From Macrostomum lignano (lineage: Eukaryota), in the NCBI GenBank assembly GCA_002269645.1, contig NIVC01000257.1, positions 434,001 through 498,000 of the forward strand: a stretch of DNA of 64,000 nucleotides, written 5' to 3'. The position numbers and the translations under genes are program-made. Shown here one piece after another: positions 1-13,340 of this stretch (position 1 is its first letter; every line of letters begins with the position of its first letter). The notes below the pieces were generated by a model. The model worked only from the letters and a program-made list of their open reading frames with translations, was not told the DNA's origin and searched no databases.

Positions 1-787
1 GTACATTAATTCGCATTGGCATATAGAAAATACACGACTGTTTTGGTATTTCGTATTGCTATTGACAGTGAGTCGAATCCTGTTGCTTCTGCGTTCTTAC
101 TTCTGTCTATGTTAGACTAAATGGGTTATGAAACGACCATTTTGTGATTGTCTTCAGAATAAAAGCTGAAATGGAAAGCTAGCATCTAGTAAGATATAGG
201 GTGGAAAAGAAATAAGATAAGAACAGCTGACGTATCACGCATTGTAATGAAATGCGTACGTTTCTCGGTGTGTATAAGTATCTTCAAAGTACAAAGTACT
301 TCTTTGGTCCAGGGCCCAGGCCCCTCTAATGAGGGAGGCACTCCACGGCGCAACATTAGCAGCAGTAGAGGCTTAGAAGGACGAGAAATATGCAGTGAAA
401 ATTCCTACCCTCTCTATTTCTCTTCCTCTCCCCAACTGGCCCCAGTTTACTGTTTCATTTTCATGGGGTCTGACTCAGCCACCCCACTCCCCCAACCCCC
501 TTTTGGAATAATATATGTACTTCGCCTTACAAGGTCGTAAACAAGTCACGTGACTCCTTGTGTGTTGTTTCAGTGTACAGTTTATTATTTAGGGCCAGGC
601 CAACTATAAACCCACCCCACCACCACCTCTTCCTCCACTTCCCGCGCTAAGTTAAAGTAAGGTATATTAGCGCTGTACCCTGTCCCCTACAACTCTGTTC
701 TTTAACCGCCTTCGCACAGCTGTTTACTTGATTGACTTTATATTGCCTTAAGGCTAAGCTAGAACTCTAAACTTGAGCGTGGAAGCT

Positions 788-3700
788 ATGCTATCCGCTA
801 AGCTGAGCCAATCTGTCCGCCTCCTCTTGCCCAGGGCCGCAGCGGCTGCCGCCCGCCCGCTGTCCGGCGGCCCGGCTATTCCGGAGCCGATTCGCCAACC
901 CGAAGTGAAATTCAACAAACTATTCATTAACAACGAATGGGTTGACGCGGTGTCTGGTAAAACGTTTCCAACTATTAATCCGGCTACGGGTGAGGTCATC
1001 ACCCAGGTGGCCGAGGGTGACAAAGCCGATATTGACAAGGCCGTTGATGCGGCTAATCAGGCCTTTCGCTATGGCTCTGAATGGCGCCGAATGGACGCTT
1101 CTCAACGGGGCAACCTCATGAACAAGCTTGCCGATCTGATGGAGCGGGACAAAGTCTATCTTGCGGTTAGTTAACTAGAAAATATAGGCTTGGGCATAAT
1201 AGTTTAACTAAAATCTATATGGTTTAGTTTTACCCCTTTCGTAAAATGAACTCTTGTATAATTTATTTGTTTCTTTGACCCAGCCACTTTGTCTAGCTGG
1301 TGTACATCTTTTTTCTAATGCCTGAATTATTGTGTTACAGTCGCTAGAATCCTTGGACAATGGCAAGCCGTATCTGTTCTCTTACCTGGCTGACGTTGAG
1401 CTCAGCATTCGTTGCTATCGGTGAGTTTATTGCATCGAGTTGCTGCATTAGCCAGCAGCAGCAGGGTTGAGCTGCACGTTTTCAACTATTTTGCTTTTCA
1501 AACTTCTATACCTTGCAGAGTGGGGTTTGGGGCATTATCCAATTCTCGTATTAGCTATTCTTAAAGCTTGTGTTTGCAAGCACAATAGCCCTTTAATTGC
1601 GCTGTTTCCAGTGGGCCATCGTGCATTATGCATGATTAAATAGTATAGACAGAATTGCTATGTATATATGCATTGCATAACAATATGTTTAAATTAAAAT
1701 ATTGAGTGAGAATTATCACAAATTAGCTGCGTGCCACATGCTCCATCATGTACGCCACCTATGCTTGGCGCCCTTATCAACCATGCTTGACGCCTCTATC
1801 ACCTATGCTTGGCGCCTCTATCACCCATGCTTGGCGCCTCTATCACCCATGCTTGGCGCCTCTATTACCTGCCTCTATCACCTATGCTTGGCGCCCTTAT
1901 CACCCATGCTTGGCGCCTCTATTACCTGCCTCTATCACCTATGATTGGCGCCCTTATCACCCATGCTTGGCGCCTCTATCAACTCTGCTTGGCGCCTCTA
2001 TCACCTATGCTTGGCGCCTCTATCCCCTATGCATGGCGCCCTTATCACCCATGCTTGGCGCCTCTATTACCTGCCTCTATCACCTATGCTTGGCGCCTCT
2101 ATTACCTGCCTCTATCACCTATGCTTGGCGCCCTTATCACCCATGCTTGGCGCCTCTATCAACTCTGCTTGGCGCCTCTATCACCTATGCTTGGCGCCTC
2201 TATTACCTGCCTCTATCACCTATGCTTGGCGCCTCTATTACCTGCCTCTATCACCTATGCTTGGCGCCCTTATCACCCATGCTTGGCGCCTCTATCACCT
2301 ATGCATGGCGCCCTTATCAACCCATGCTTGGCGCCTCTATCACCTCTGCTTGGCGCCTCTATCACCCATGCTTTGCGCCTCTATCCCCTATGCATGGCGC
2401 CCTTATCACCCATGCTTGGCGCCTCTATTACCTGCCTCTATCACCTATGCTTGGCGCCTCTATTACCTGCCTCTATCACCTATGCTTGGCGCCCTTATCA
2501 CCCATGCTTGGCGCCTCTATCCCCTATGCATGGCGCCCTTATCACCCATGCTTGGCGCCTCTATCACCTATGTCTGACGCCCCTATCACCTATGCTTGGC
2601 GTCCCGGTCCCTATCACTGATGCCTGGCGCCCCTGTACCTATGCTTGGCGCCTTTATGACCCATGCTTGGTTGATCTATTGAATCGTTAGATTAACTTGT
2701 TGAGGGCTTCTGGGCCTTTTATTGGTCTTTTATTACCTTGAATAATAAATTTCCATAGTTACTACGCCGGCTGGGCCAACAAGAACCACGGCAAGACCAT
2801 CCCGGTTGACGGCAACGCGTTCTGCTTCACCCGACACGAGCCGGTCGGTGTCTGCGGCCAAATTATTCCGTGGAATTTTCCTCTACTGATGCAGGCCTGG
2901 AAGCTGGGCCCGGCGCTCAGCATGGGCAACACCGTTGTGATGAAGACGGCCGAGCAGACTCCCCTTACTGGGAATTATCTTGCCCAGCTGGCCAAGGAGG
3001 CCGGATTTCCGCCCGGCGTGCTCAATATTGTGCCCGGCTATGGGCCCACCGCAGGCGCAGCTCTGGCGCTGCACAACAAAGTTGACAAGGTGAGCCGCTG
3101 TTCGATGTAGTGAGATTTCTAAGATGGAAAATTGCCTGTCACGCAGCACTATGCCAACCGTTTGGAAAGCTATATATATGAACAGGATATTATTGAATTA
3201 CTAAAATGAATCCATGGTTACTAACAAATTGTGGTAACTAAACCAAAGTTTAAACTTTGGTGTCAACAACAACAACAACAAAATACGCTGTCAGGATGGT
3301 GTCTTTGTTTACCAAAAATATCAACGGGTTTACAAACAGGATATCAAGGTTTGCCAAGCGGAAATCAAGGTTAACCAACCAAGGATAAGTGGATAACCAA
3401 CCAAGGATATGTGGATAACCAACTGAGGATAAGTGGATAACCAACTGAGGATAAGTGGATAACCAACTGAGGATAAGTGGATAACCAACTGAGGATAAGT
3501 GGATAACCAACTGAGGATAAGTGGATAACCAACTGAGGATAAGTGGATAACCAACTGAGGATAAGTGGATAACCAACTGGGGATAAGTGGATAACTAACT
3601 GGGGATAAGTGGATAACCAACTGAGGATAAGTAGATAACCAACTGAGGATAAGTGGATAACCAACTGAGGATAAGTGGATAACCAACTGGGGATAAGTGG

Positions 3701-4969
3701 ATAACCAACTGGGGATTGTGAATAACCAACTGGGGATAAGTGGATAACCAACTGAGGATAAGTGGATAACCAACTGGGGATAAGTGGATAACCAACTGGG
3801 GATAAGTGGATAACCAACTGGGGATAAATGGATAACCAACTGAGGATATGTGGATAACCATCTGAGGATAACAATATCTAGGTTTACAAACCAAAAACAT
3901 GCTTACTCCCTGAATAAAGGATAACAATAGGAGAAAGGTTGTTAAGCCAGCCATATCTTTTAATCCTTTCGTTAATCCTTTTGATTACCTGAACACAAGT
4001 GTCTCTTGAATGTAAAAATAGCCTGAAGTCACAAGCAGCAGGCGTGGCAAATCCATCCATTCCTAATTCGCTTCCCTCACCCTCCCCCCCATCCAGCTGG
4101 CCTTCACCGGCAGCACGGAGGTCGGCCGCCTGATCCCGCAGTACGCCGGCCAGAGCAATCTGAAGCGCGTCAGCCTCGAGCTGGGCGGCAAGAGTCCCAA
4201 TGTGATCTTCTCCGACGCTGATCTTGAGTACGCCGTTGAGAAGTCGCACTTTGCTCTATTCTTCAACCAGGGCCAGTGCTGCTGCGCCGGCAGTCGCACC
4301 TTTGTTGAGGAGTCCATCTACGACAAATTTGTCGAGATGAGCGTCGAACGGGCCAAGAAGCGTCTGGTTGGCGACCCCTTCAATCTCAACACGGAGCAGG
4401 GACCGCAGATCGACCAGGAGCAGATGGGCAAAATTCTTGAGTTGATCAAGAGCGGCAAGAGCCAGGGTGCTAAACTGCTCACTGGCGGTGCTCAGCACGG
4501 CGATAAGGGTTACTTTGTGCAGCCGACTATCTTCTCCGATGTCCAGGTTGGCTTATTTGAACTGCTTGAATATCTTGACTGGCTGACAGTAAAGGCAGCT
4601 TTGAATTTCCTAACCAAATTGCTATCCAAACCCCAGGACGAGATGCGCATCGCCCAGGAGGAGATTTTCGGCCCGGTCATGCAGATCATGAAGTTCAAAT
4701 CTGTCGACGAGCTGATCGAACGCGGCAACAAGACCATCTACGGCCTGGCAGCCGGCATCTTCACCAAAGACCTGGACAAGGCCATGCACGTCAGCCAGGG
4801 CCTGCGCGCTGGCACCATCTGGATCAACGAGTTCGATCATTTCGACGCCGCCGCTCCATTCGGCGGTTTCAAGATGTCCGGCAACGGCCGAGAGCTGGGC
4901 GAGTACGGCCTGGAGGCCTACACCGAAATCAAGTGCGTCATGATACGCCTGGCCGAGAAGAATAGCTAA
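788..4969 (+). CDS. ALDH2: Mitochondrial aldehyde dehydrogenase (ALDH2/ALDH1 class). Exons 788-1165, 1341-1420, 2759-3089, 4097-4546, 4637-4969
   Basis: N-terminal Arg/Ala/Ser-rich transit-like peptide, [36 protein letters not shown], catalytic Glu motif LELGGKSP, catalytic Cys motif [40 protein letters not shown]. All four introns are GT..AG with consistent phases (0,2,0,0). Confidence 0.95.
1752..2670. repeat. 22-bp minisatellite (ATGCTTGGCGCCTCTATCACCY) in ALDH2 intron 2
   Basis: Tandem degenerate units are directly visible and explain the [13 protein letters not shown]-type ORFs. Confidence 0.95.
3374..3871. repeat. 22-bp minisatellite (AACTGAGGATAAGTGGATAACC) in ALDH2 intron 3
   Basis: Tandem units directly visible. 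Confidence 0.95.
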
Positions 4970-5258
4970 ATCTGTTAATGAACCATGTTCGAGCTGTAGA
5001 CGTTAGAAACATTGAACTAGATAAGTCAAATGACTACTTTCGATTGGGCGTCTATTCGGAGTTTTTTGGCTAAATTTGTGCACCGAAGTAATAGACTAAT
5101 GCTAGGCCAATTTATCTGAGGACTAGACTGACTGTAGGATGCTATGTATAGCTCCTGTATCCTCCCTGTAAATTTCTATTGGCTGGTTCCTTTATCGATC
5201 GCTTACCCCCTCCTAGCTCAACCCCCCTCCGGCTGCGTCCGCCTTCCACGCGCAAACC

Positions 5259-5264
5259 AATAAA
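5259..5264 (+). terminator. Candidate polyadenylation signal of ALDH2
   Basis: AATAAA about 290 nt downstream of the stop codon. Confidence 0.45.
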
Positions 5265-6104
5265 CCCCATTCCTCCCCCGTTTTATTGCCCTCGTCTAGC
5301 CATGAATGTACATTCTCAGTGGCGCTTTTGAATGTACATTTTGACTAAACTGCACCCGATACAAGCTGTTTTTTGTATGGCTTGAAAATTTAGAAAGCCG
5401 TGCGCATTCATATGCCTACAAGAAAGTAGGCCTAAGTGTATTATTTTTCTAAATTTGCTAGACGAGTTTTGGAGCGGTACAGCTTACAGCTAATAGTGTT
5501 TCTAATAACTGTGGTTCGACTAAAACCAAGGATTGTGTCGCTTTGATAAAACAAAAACTATTAATGAGAATAATCTCATAATTCTTGCCTTCTGTATTGA
5601 ATTTTATTATAAAACAATACTCAATGGGAGGATTTTTTACAATGAAGTAACTTGTTTTGGGACTCAAATATCTAATTTGATGTTTTCTAAGATTCATTTT
5701 CTCATTAAAAATTCAAAGGTTTTGTGTTCCGGTGTTTTGTTATTACAGTGGCTGCTCACTCAAATGTACTGAACTGTCTGCTGACTTTTCTCCACATTAA
5801 TATTGGCTGGTGTAATCTCACGTGTTCAAATAAAAAAATTTATTGTCCTATTGGTTGATTTTAACCGTCATTAAATAAGAGTTCGTCTTTAAGCTTTCTT
5901 GGTTTTTGATAGAGTGAATTAAGTACTTTGAAGGCAGGTAGGTAACCCTGTGCTCAGGCTTAGGGTGGACAAAATATAATTTAGTCATTATCTATATGAC
6001 TGTTAGCATTGATGATAATATGAAGCGACAGCATCCTTCGCTATCGTAGTTGCTGGGCCACGGTCCTCCTAGATGGCCAGGGCTAGATCACCATCACCCT
6101 CGCA

Positions 6105-6575
6105 GATGATCCTCAGTTGCTGGGCCATCGCCACACTCACAGATCTTCAGTTGCTGGGCCACCCTGGCAGATCTTCAGTTGCTGGGCCAGCCTCCCAGAT
6201 CCTCAATTGCTGGGCCAGCCTTCCAGATCCTCAGTTGCTAGGCCAGCCTCCTAGAGTGTCAGTTGCTGGGCCAGCCTCCCAGAGTGTCAGTTGCTGAGCC
6301 AGCCTCCCAGATCCTCAGTTGCTGAGCCAGCCTCCCAGATCCTCAGTTGCTGAGCCAGCCTCCCAGATCCTCAGTTGCTGAGCCAGCCTCCCAGATCCTC
6401 AGTTGCTGAGCCAGCCTCCCAGATCCTCAGTTGCTGAGCCAGCCTCCCAGATCCTCAGTTGCCACTCTTCCAGATCCTCAGTTGCCACCCTCCCAGATCC
6501 TCAGTTGCCACTCTTCCAGATCCTCAGTTGCCACCCTCCGAGATCCTCAGTTGCCACACCCAGATCCTCGTTTGC
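6105..6575. repeat. 28-bp minisatellite (CAGATCCTCAGTTGCTGRGCCAGCCTCC) upstream of the first RINT1 coding exon
   Basis: Tandem units; the same family recurs at 62323-63092. Confidence 0.93.
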
Positions 6576-6679
6576 TGGGCCACCACGGCCCTCCCGATTA
6601 TCAGTAGTGAGATTTTGGCGCCAGTTAAAATTGAAGATCAGCACAAACAAAACAAAATTGGTGCTCTTTGTGTCCCCAG

Positions 6680-9600
6680 TCGCAGTCGCTAACCGCCCCG
6701 ATCCCGGCCGCTCTGGCTGCCGAGCTGGCCAAGCAGCTGAACGATCGGCTGCCCACCGTGGAGGCGGTCCGCGAGCTCGCGCCCGGCATGCTGCGCGAAT
6801 CCGCGGACCGGCTGGACCTGCTGCGCAAGCAGGCCCGCCTGCACGACTGCACGCGCTACGGACAGGCCAGGCTGGCCTGCCGGCAGCTGCAGACCGAGGT
6901 TGCCGAACTGCTGCAGCTGCACGCACAGCTCGCCGACCGCTGCCAGCGCCAGCTGGACGACTGCCGGCCGCTGCTGGTCGACGGCGGCCTAGCGAAGCGG
7001 GCGGCCGAGCTGGACTTGGCCGAGGCGCGGCTGGAGGCGATGAAGCTGCGGGAACAGCTGGAGTGCCAGGTGAGCTGGCAGGATTGTGTCCGGCTGATTG
7101 TGTCCTACATACATATATGTGTCCGGTTGATTTTGTCCAATAGATGTGTCCGGTTGATTTTGTCCTATAGATGTGTCCGGTTGATTGTGTCCTATATAGA
7201 TGTTTCCGGTTGATTGTGGTCTATATAGATGTGTCCGGTTGATTGTGTCCTATATAGATGTTTCCGCTTGATTGTGTCCTAGATAGATAGAGATGTGTCC
7301 GGTTGATTGTGTCCTAGATAGTTAGATGTGTCCGGTTGTGTCCTAGATAGATAGATAGATCGATGTGTCCGGTTGTGTCCTAGATAGATAGATAGATGTG
7401 TCCTGTTGATTGTGTCCTAGATAGAGAGATGTGTCTGGTTGATTGTGTCCTAGATAGATAGATGTGTCCAAAGCTGTCAGAAGCCAAACCCATTGACCCT
7501 CCGCCCGCAGGCGAGCGCGGTGCAGGCCGCCCTGGTCACTGGCAGCTTCGACCGGGCCGCCGAGCAGTTCCGCCGGCTGGCCCTGATGCGCCGCGATCTC
7601 CGGCCGCCGGATCGCCTGCCCGAAGCCGAAGCTGCCGAGCTCCGCTCGGACGCCGAGGCCAGCCTGGACCACTGGGCCAGCCAGCTGCGCCGGAAGTTTA
7701 GCGCCGAATTCGCCGCCGCCCTGCGCGCCATTGGCTGGCCGTTTAACAGCGGCGGCGGCAGCGGCGGCGGCGGCTCGACCGGCGGCGGTTCCGCCGACAC
7801 CTCCGCTCCGGTGTCCCCTTCCGGTTCCGCTTCGTCCGGCACTTCCGGTAGCAGCGGCGGTAAAGAGCGAGACTTTATAGTGAGCTTTCGCCGATTCGCC
7901 CAGCTGCAGGTTCCGGCCGAGGCTTCCGGCCGGTCGCTGCCGCCTCTGGAGGTGATGCTGGAGCCGTTCCGGAAGAAATTCGCCTTCCACTTTTCTGGCG
8001 ACCGGCCGACTAACGATCCGGCCAGGCCGGAGATCTTCCTCACGCAGGTGCGATTAAGTTGCAGGTGGTTTTAGATTAGAATGGGAGGGTAGCGGAGTCT
8101 ATCAAAGAACAGAGAGGAAGGTAGTGGAATCCACCAAAGGACCCGAGAGGAGGGTAGCGGAGCCCACCAAAGGACCCGAGAGGAGGGTAGCGGAGTCCAC
8201 CAAAGGACCCGAGAGGAGGGTAGCGGAGTCCACCAAAGGACCCGAGAGGAGGGTCGCGGAGGAGTCCACCAAAGGACCCGAGAGGAGGGTAGCGGAGCCC
8301 ACCAAAGGACCCGAGAGGAGGGTAGCGGAGCCCACCAAAGGACCCGAGAGGAGGGTCGCGGAGGAGTCCACCAAAGGACCCGAGAGGAGGGTAGCGGAGC
8401 CCACCAAAGGACCCGAGAGGAGGGTCGCGGAGGAGTCCACCAAAGGACCCGAGAGGAGGGTAGGGGAGCCCACCAAAGGACCCGATATTCCTTTGCGGCG
8501 TTTCCAGCATCCGGCATCAGAAGTAGAGAGAATTAGTGGCGTCCACCAACTTTTAAAGTAAAAATGAAGATTTTATATAGGGTGGTAATCGTCTGTCGCA
8601 TAGTTTTAAACCCCGCAATCACTGTTAACTACCGCCAGGTGCTGAAATGGATCAAAGAGCACGACGCCTTCCTAGGCCAGGTGGTGCAGCCCTGCCTTGA
8701 TCAGGTTGGCATGTCCGCTTGGGACGTGCGCGAAGAATTCGCATCCGGCCTGATGGAGCTGGTCAAACGGAAGCTGGGCCAGTTGTTGGAGCAGTACAGG
8801 TAGAAGTTCGCTCTGGCTCTATTTTGGGGCTTGTGCAGGAATAATTGTCGTGTGGGTTGTCCTACAATTCACACCTATGAGGCCCGACCCCTAAGCACAG
8901 AGTGTTTCTGACAATTAGAAAATATGGCGATGTCCAGGGAAATCGTATAATGATGCTAAGCAATGATTCGCTAAATTTTCCAGAGAGCTGCCCGACAAAG
9001 AGGAGGCTGACCTCCGCTTGGCGCACCTCATCAACGAGCTGCTGGCGCTGGACCGGGAGCTGGCCGCAGTCGGTCTGCCCTCGGCCGCTGCCACCGTCGG
9101 CAGCGTGCTTGGCGAGCCGCGCTGGCTGGCCTGGTGGGAGGGCCTGGAGGCCAAGTTTGCCCAGGCCCGCCTGGACGAGATCCTGCTGGCTGGCGACGCC
9201 TGGAGCCCCGCTGGCGGCGTTGAAGACTCGTCCTCGTCCTCGTCGGCGGCGGTGCCGCAGTGCGCGGAGGCGGTGATGGCGCTGGTGCAGGCGCTGGGCG
9301 GGCGGGCCAACCTGCTGCGCACCGACCTGCACAAGCGGGCCCGGCTGTTCCGCGTGCAGCTGGACGTGCTGGAGGACTTCCGGGTTCGACTGCGGCAGGT
9401 GAGCGGGGTCCTGAGTGACTGGCTGTGCCCGGAGTGACTGGCTGTGCCCGGAGTGACTGGCTGTGCCCGGAGTGACTGGCTGTGCCCGGAGTGACTGGCT
9501 GTGCCGGAGTGACTGGCTGTGCCCGGAGTGACTGGCTGTGCCGGAGTGACTGGCTGTGCCCGGAGTGACTGGCTGTGCCGGAGTGACTGGCTGTGCCGGA

Positions 9601-12600
9601 GTGACTGGCTGTGCCCGGAGTGACTGGCTGTGCCGGAGTGACTGGCTGTGCCCGGAGTGACTGGCTGTGCCGGAGTGACTGGCTGTGCCCGGAGTGACTG
9701 GCTGTGCCGGAATGACTGGCTGTGCCGGAGTGACTGGCTGTGCCGGAGTGACTGGCTGTGCCCGGAGTGACTGGCTGTGCCGGAGTGACTGGCTGTGCTA
9801 GAGTGACTGGCTGTGCCGGAGTGACTGGCTGTGCTGGAGTGGCTGGCTGTGCCGGAGTGACTGGCTGTGCCGGAGTGACTGGCTGTGCCGGAGTGACTGG
9901 CTGTGTCCGGAGTGACTGGCTGTGCCGGAGTGACTGGCTGTGCCGGAGTGACTGGCTGTGCCGGAGTGACTGGCTGTGCATGGAGTGACTGGCTGTGCCG
10001 GAGTGACTGGCTGTGCCCGGAGTGACTGGCTGTGCCGGAGTGACTGGCTGTGTCCGGAGTGACTGGCTGTGCTGGAGTGACTGGCTGTGCCCGGAGTGAC
10101 TGGCTGTGCCCGGAGTGACTGGCTGTGCCGGAGTGACTGGCTGTGCCGGAGTGACTGGCTGTGCCCGGAGTGACTGGCTGTGCCGGAGTGACTGGCTGTG
10201 CCGGAGTGACTGGCTGTGCCGAAGTGACTGGCTGTGCATGGAGTGACTGGCTGTGCCCGAAAGGACTGGCTGTGCCCGAAAGGACTGGCTGTGCCGGAGT
10301 GACTGGCTGTGCCGGAGTGACTGGCTGTGCTGGAGTGTGACTGGCTGTGCCCGGAGTGACTGGCTGTGCTAGAGTGACTGGCTGTGCCGGAGTGACTGGC
10401 TGTGTCCGGAGTGACTGGCTGTGCTAGAGTGACTGGCTGTGCTGGAGTGTGACTGGCTGTGCCCGGAGTGACTGGCTGTGCCGGAATGACTGGCTGTGCC
10501 GGAGTGACTGGCTGTGCTGGAGTGGCTGGCTGTGCCGGAGTGACTGGCTGTGCTAGAGTGACTGGCTGTGCTGGAGTGACTGGCTGTGCCCGGAGTGACT
10601 GGCTGTGCTAGAGTGACTGGCTGTGCCGGAGTGACTGGCTGTGCCCGGAGTGACTGGCTGTGCCGATCAGGCTTTATGACCTATTGCGCCTTTGCTATGA
10701 GTAATTGTGCCGATGGTGCCATTGTATGGCCAATTGTGCTACTGTATGACCAATTGTGCTATTTATGACCAAAATGTCATAAATAGCACACAAATGTTAT
10801 GTGTAATTATTGAATATTATTATGTGTAATTATATGATCAAAATTGTTTTTCCGACCGTCAGTGTGCTCCATTTTTGTGTCTAGATCTGATATCTTTACT
10901 TAATAGTACACGGTCTGGCTTAACTCAATCTCGCGACCTTAGGTGACCCGCCGCTACCCGACCTCCGATCCGCGCTGGTTCGGCGCCCTGAACAGCCTGC
11001 AGTTTGCCCGGGACTCCCTCACGGACTGGGCCGATCAGCTCGATTACGCCGAGCTGTCCCGGCTGCCCGAGTCTGAGCGGAGCATCCACGGAGCTGCCGC
11101 CGCCGCCTCCGGCACCGCTGGTGATGAAGCTGCCAGGTGAAACTGTCATTTGTTGCACAAATGGTCAGCTAGGATTCAATGGTGTCTCTTGGCGTCTATG
11201 GGGGTCTCTAGAGATCTAGGATGTCTCTAGGGATCTAAAGGTGTATATAGATATCTAAGGGTGTCTCTAGAGATCTAGGGGTGTCTCTAGGGATCTGCAA
11301 TCATTCAGAGTCTATCAAAGACACCCTTTGCAATGATTTGCAATCATTTTCCCTAGCAGAGCGCCGGCCGCCGCAGCCGCAGGCCTGGCCGATCTGTCCA
11401 GCGCCGCTATCGCTGACGACGACGACTCCTCCGGGGCGGGCGTTTTCGCCCCGGTTGCTAGGCGCCTTGCCGCCACCCAGTCCGAACTGCTCGAGTCCCT
11501 AGTGCGCGGCATCCTTGACCAGCTGGCCGCCTTGTTGGAGAGCCTCGGCCCGGACACTTTCCTGTCTGGTCGGCCGAGCGACGCACCGGCTTTGGCCGCC
11601 CTGTTCCTGGCCGTCAGAGACTCGCTGCAGGCCTGCCGTGATCGCCTGCAGCCGGCCGTGTTCCGGCCCGTGTGGCGCCGTCTGGCCGCCGGGCTCAACC
11701 GGCTGCTCATGCGACAGCTGCTGGGCATGCGGTTCAGCCACGCCGGCGGCCTGCAGTTCGCGCACACAGTCACCAAGGTGAGCCGGCGCGCGTTCGGGCA
11801 CTGCTCGAGCACCCTAGAGTTTCACATCCCTATAGAGTTTCACATCCCTATAGAGGTTCACATCCTATAGAGGTTCACATCCCTATAGAGGTTCACATCC
11901 CTATAGAGTTTCACATCCCTATAGAGGTTCACATCCCTATAGAGGTTCACATCCCTATAGAGTTTCACATCCCTATAGAGGTTCACATCCTATAGAGGTT
12001 CACATCCTATAGAGGTTCACATCCCTATAGAGGTTCACATCCCTATAGAGTTTCACATCCTATAGAGGTTCACATCCTATAGAGGTTCACATCCTATAGA
12101 GGTTCACATCCTATAGAGGTTCACATCCCTATAGAGTTTCACATCCTATAGAGGTTCACATCCTATAGAGGTTCACATCCCTATAGAGGTTCACATCCTA
12201 TAGAGGTTCACATCCCTATAGAGGTTCACATCCTATAGAGGTTCACATCCCTATAGAGGTTCACATCCTATAGAGGTTCACATCCTATAGAGGTTCACAT
12301 CCTATAGAGGTTCACATCCTGATAAACCTGATAAATCGAACCCAACATCAAATCCATGCAGGTATTCATGCCGGTGTTCGCCCAGTACTGCGGCCGGCCG
12401 GACCGTCTGCTGGCCGAGAGCACCCAGGCCTGCTGCCTGCTCGGCTTGGCGCGGGGCACCGCGGCGCTGCTGCGCCAGGCGCTGGCCGGACCGCCGCGCG
12501 ATGGCGAAGATCCGCTGAGAATGCTGCTGGATCTGGGCGTGTCGTCGCTGACGCCCGAGGAGGCGCTGGCCGTGCTGAAGCGCCGGATTGACTTGGACCA

Positions 12601-12607
12601 GGCGTGA
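6680..12607 (+). CDS. RINT1: RAD50-interacting protein 1 / TIP20 family (NRZ/Dsl1 tethering complex). Exons 6680-7069, 7511-8047, 8639-8799, 8984-9398, 10943-11136, 11357-11777, 12362-12607; start codon not resolved
   Basis: Spliced product of about 788 aa with RINT1-like segments recognised from memory: [118 protein letters not shown] junctions with consistent phases (0,0,2,0,2,0). Confidence 0.9.
7082..7468. repeat. ~29-bp minisatellite (GATGTGTCCGGTTGATTGTGTCCTATATA) filling a RINT1 intron
   Basis: Tandem units start just after the donor at 7070. Confidence 0.9.
8126..8484. repeat. 33/36-bp minisatellite (CCACCAAAGGACCCGAGAGGAGGGTAGCGGAGY) in a RINT1 intron
   Basis: Tandem units; source of the [11 protein letters not shown] pseudo-ORF. 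Confidence 0.93.
9414..10664. repeat. 18/19-bp minisatellite (CCGGAGTGACTGGCTGTG) in a RINT1 intron
   Basis: About 1.25 kb of tandem units; the same family recurs at 12921-13340. Confidence 0.95.
11813..12320. repeat. 17/18-bp minisatellite (CATCCCTATAGAGGTTCA) in the last RINT1 intron
   Basis: Tandem units directly visible. Confidence 0.95.
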
Positions 12608-12704
12608 CCTGCCTGTGAAGATGCTGCAGGTTCTTATATACTACTCATATAGCTACTCATTATTTAGACATGCTGGTTTAGGTTCGCCGTTTATCGATTT
12701 CATA

Positions 12705-12710
12705 AATAAA
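12705..12710 (+). terminator. Candidate polyadenylation signal of RINT1
   Basis: AATAAA about 100 nt after the TGA at 12607. Confidence 0.55.
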
Positions 12711-12920
12711 CTGCTGCTGCTTCGCATCGGGTTATTGAGAGAGCTGTTTTCTTAGTGCAAGCAAAACATTTTCAAACTTGCATGTAAAAAATTAATAGCA
12801 AGAGCACAAAATCTGAGTCGCGGAAAACTGAAATTGACTTTTTTAATGCAATTGGAATCGAAGCAACATGTACTCTATCACAATCTAAATGTACATGTAT
12901 ATCTCGAAATGGTTTATCGT

Positions 12921-13340
12921 CGGAGTGACTGGCTGTGCCGGAGTGACTGGCTGTGCCGGAGTGACTGGCTGTGCCGGGAGGGACTGGCTGTGCCGGGAGG
13001 GACTGGCTGTGCCGGAGTGACTGGCTGTGCCGGAGTGACTGGCTGTGCCGGGAGTGACTGGCTGTGCCGGAGTGACTGGCTGTGCCGGGAGGGACTGGCT
13101 GTGCCGGAGTGACTGGCTGTGCCGGAGTGACTGGCTGTGCCGGGAGGGACTGGCTGTGCCGGAGTGACTGGCTGTGCCGGAGGGACTGGCTGTGCCGGAG
13201 TGACTGGCTGTGCCCGGAGTGTCTGGCTGTGCCGGGAGGGACTGGCTGTGCCGGAGTGACTGGCTGTGCCCGGAGTGACTTGACTGTCCCGGATCGAGTG
13301 ACTGTCTATCCTGAAGTGACTAGCTGTTCCCGGAGTGACT
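12921..13340. repeat. Second array of the CCGGAGTGACTGGCTGTG minisatellite
   Basis: Same unit and orientation as 9414-10664. Confidence 0.93.
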
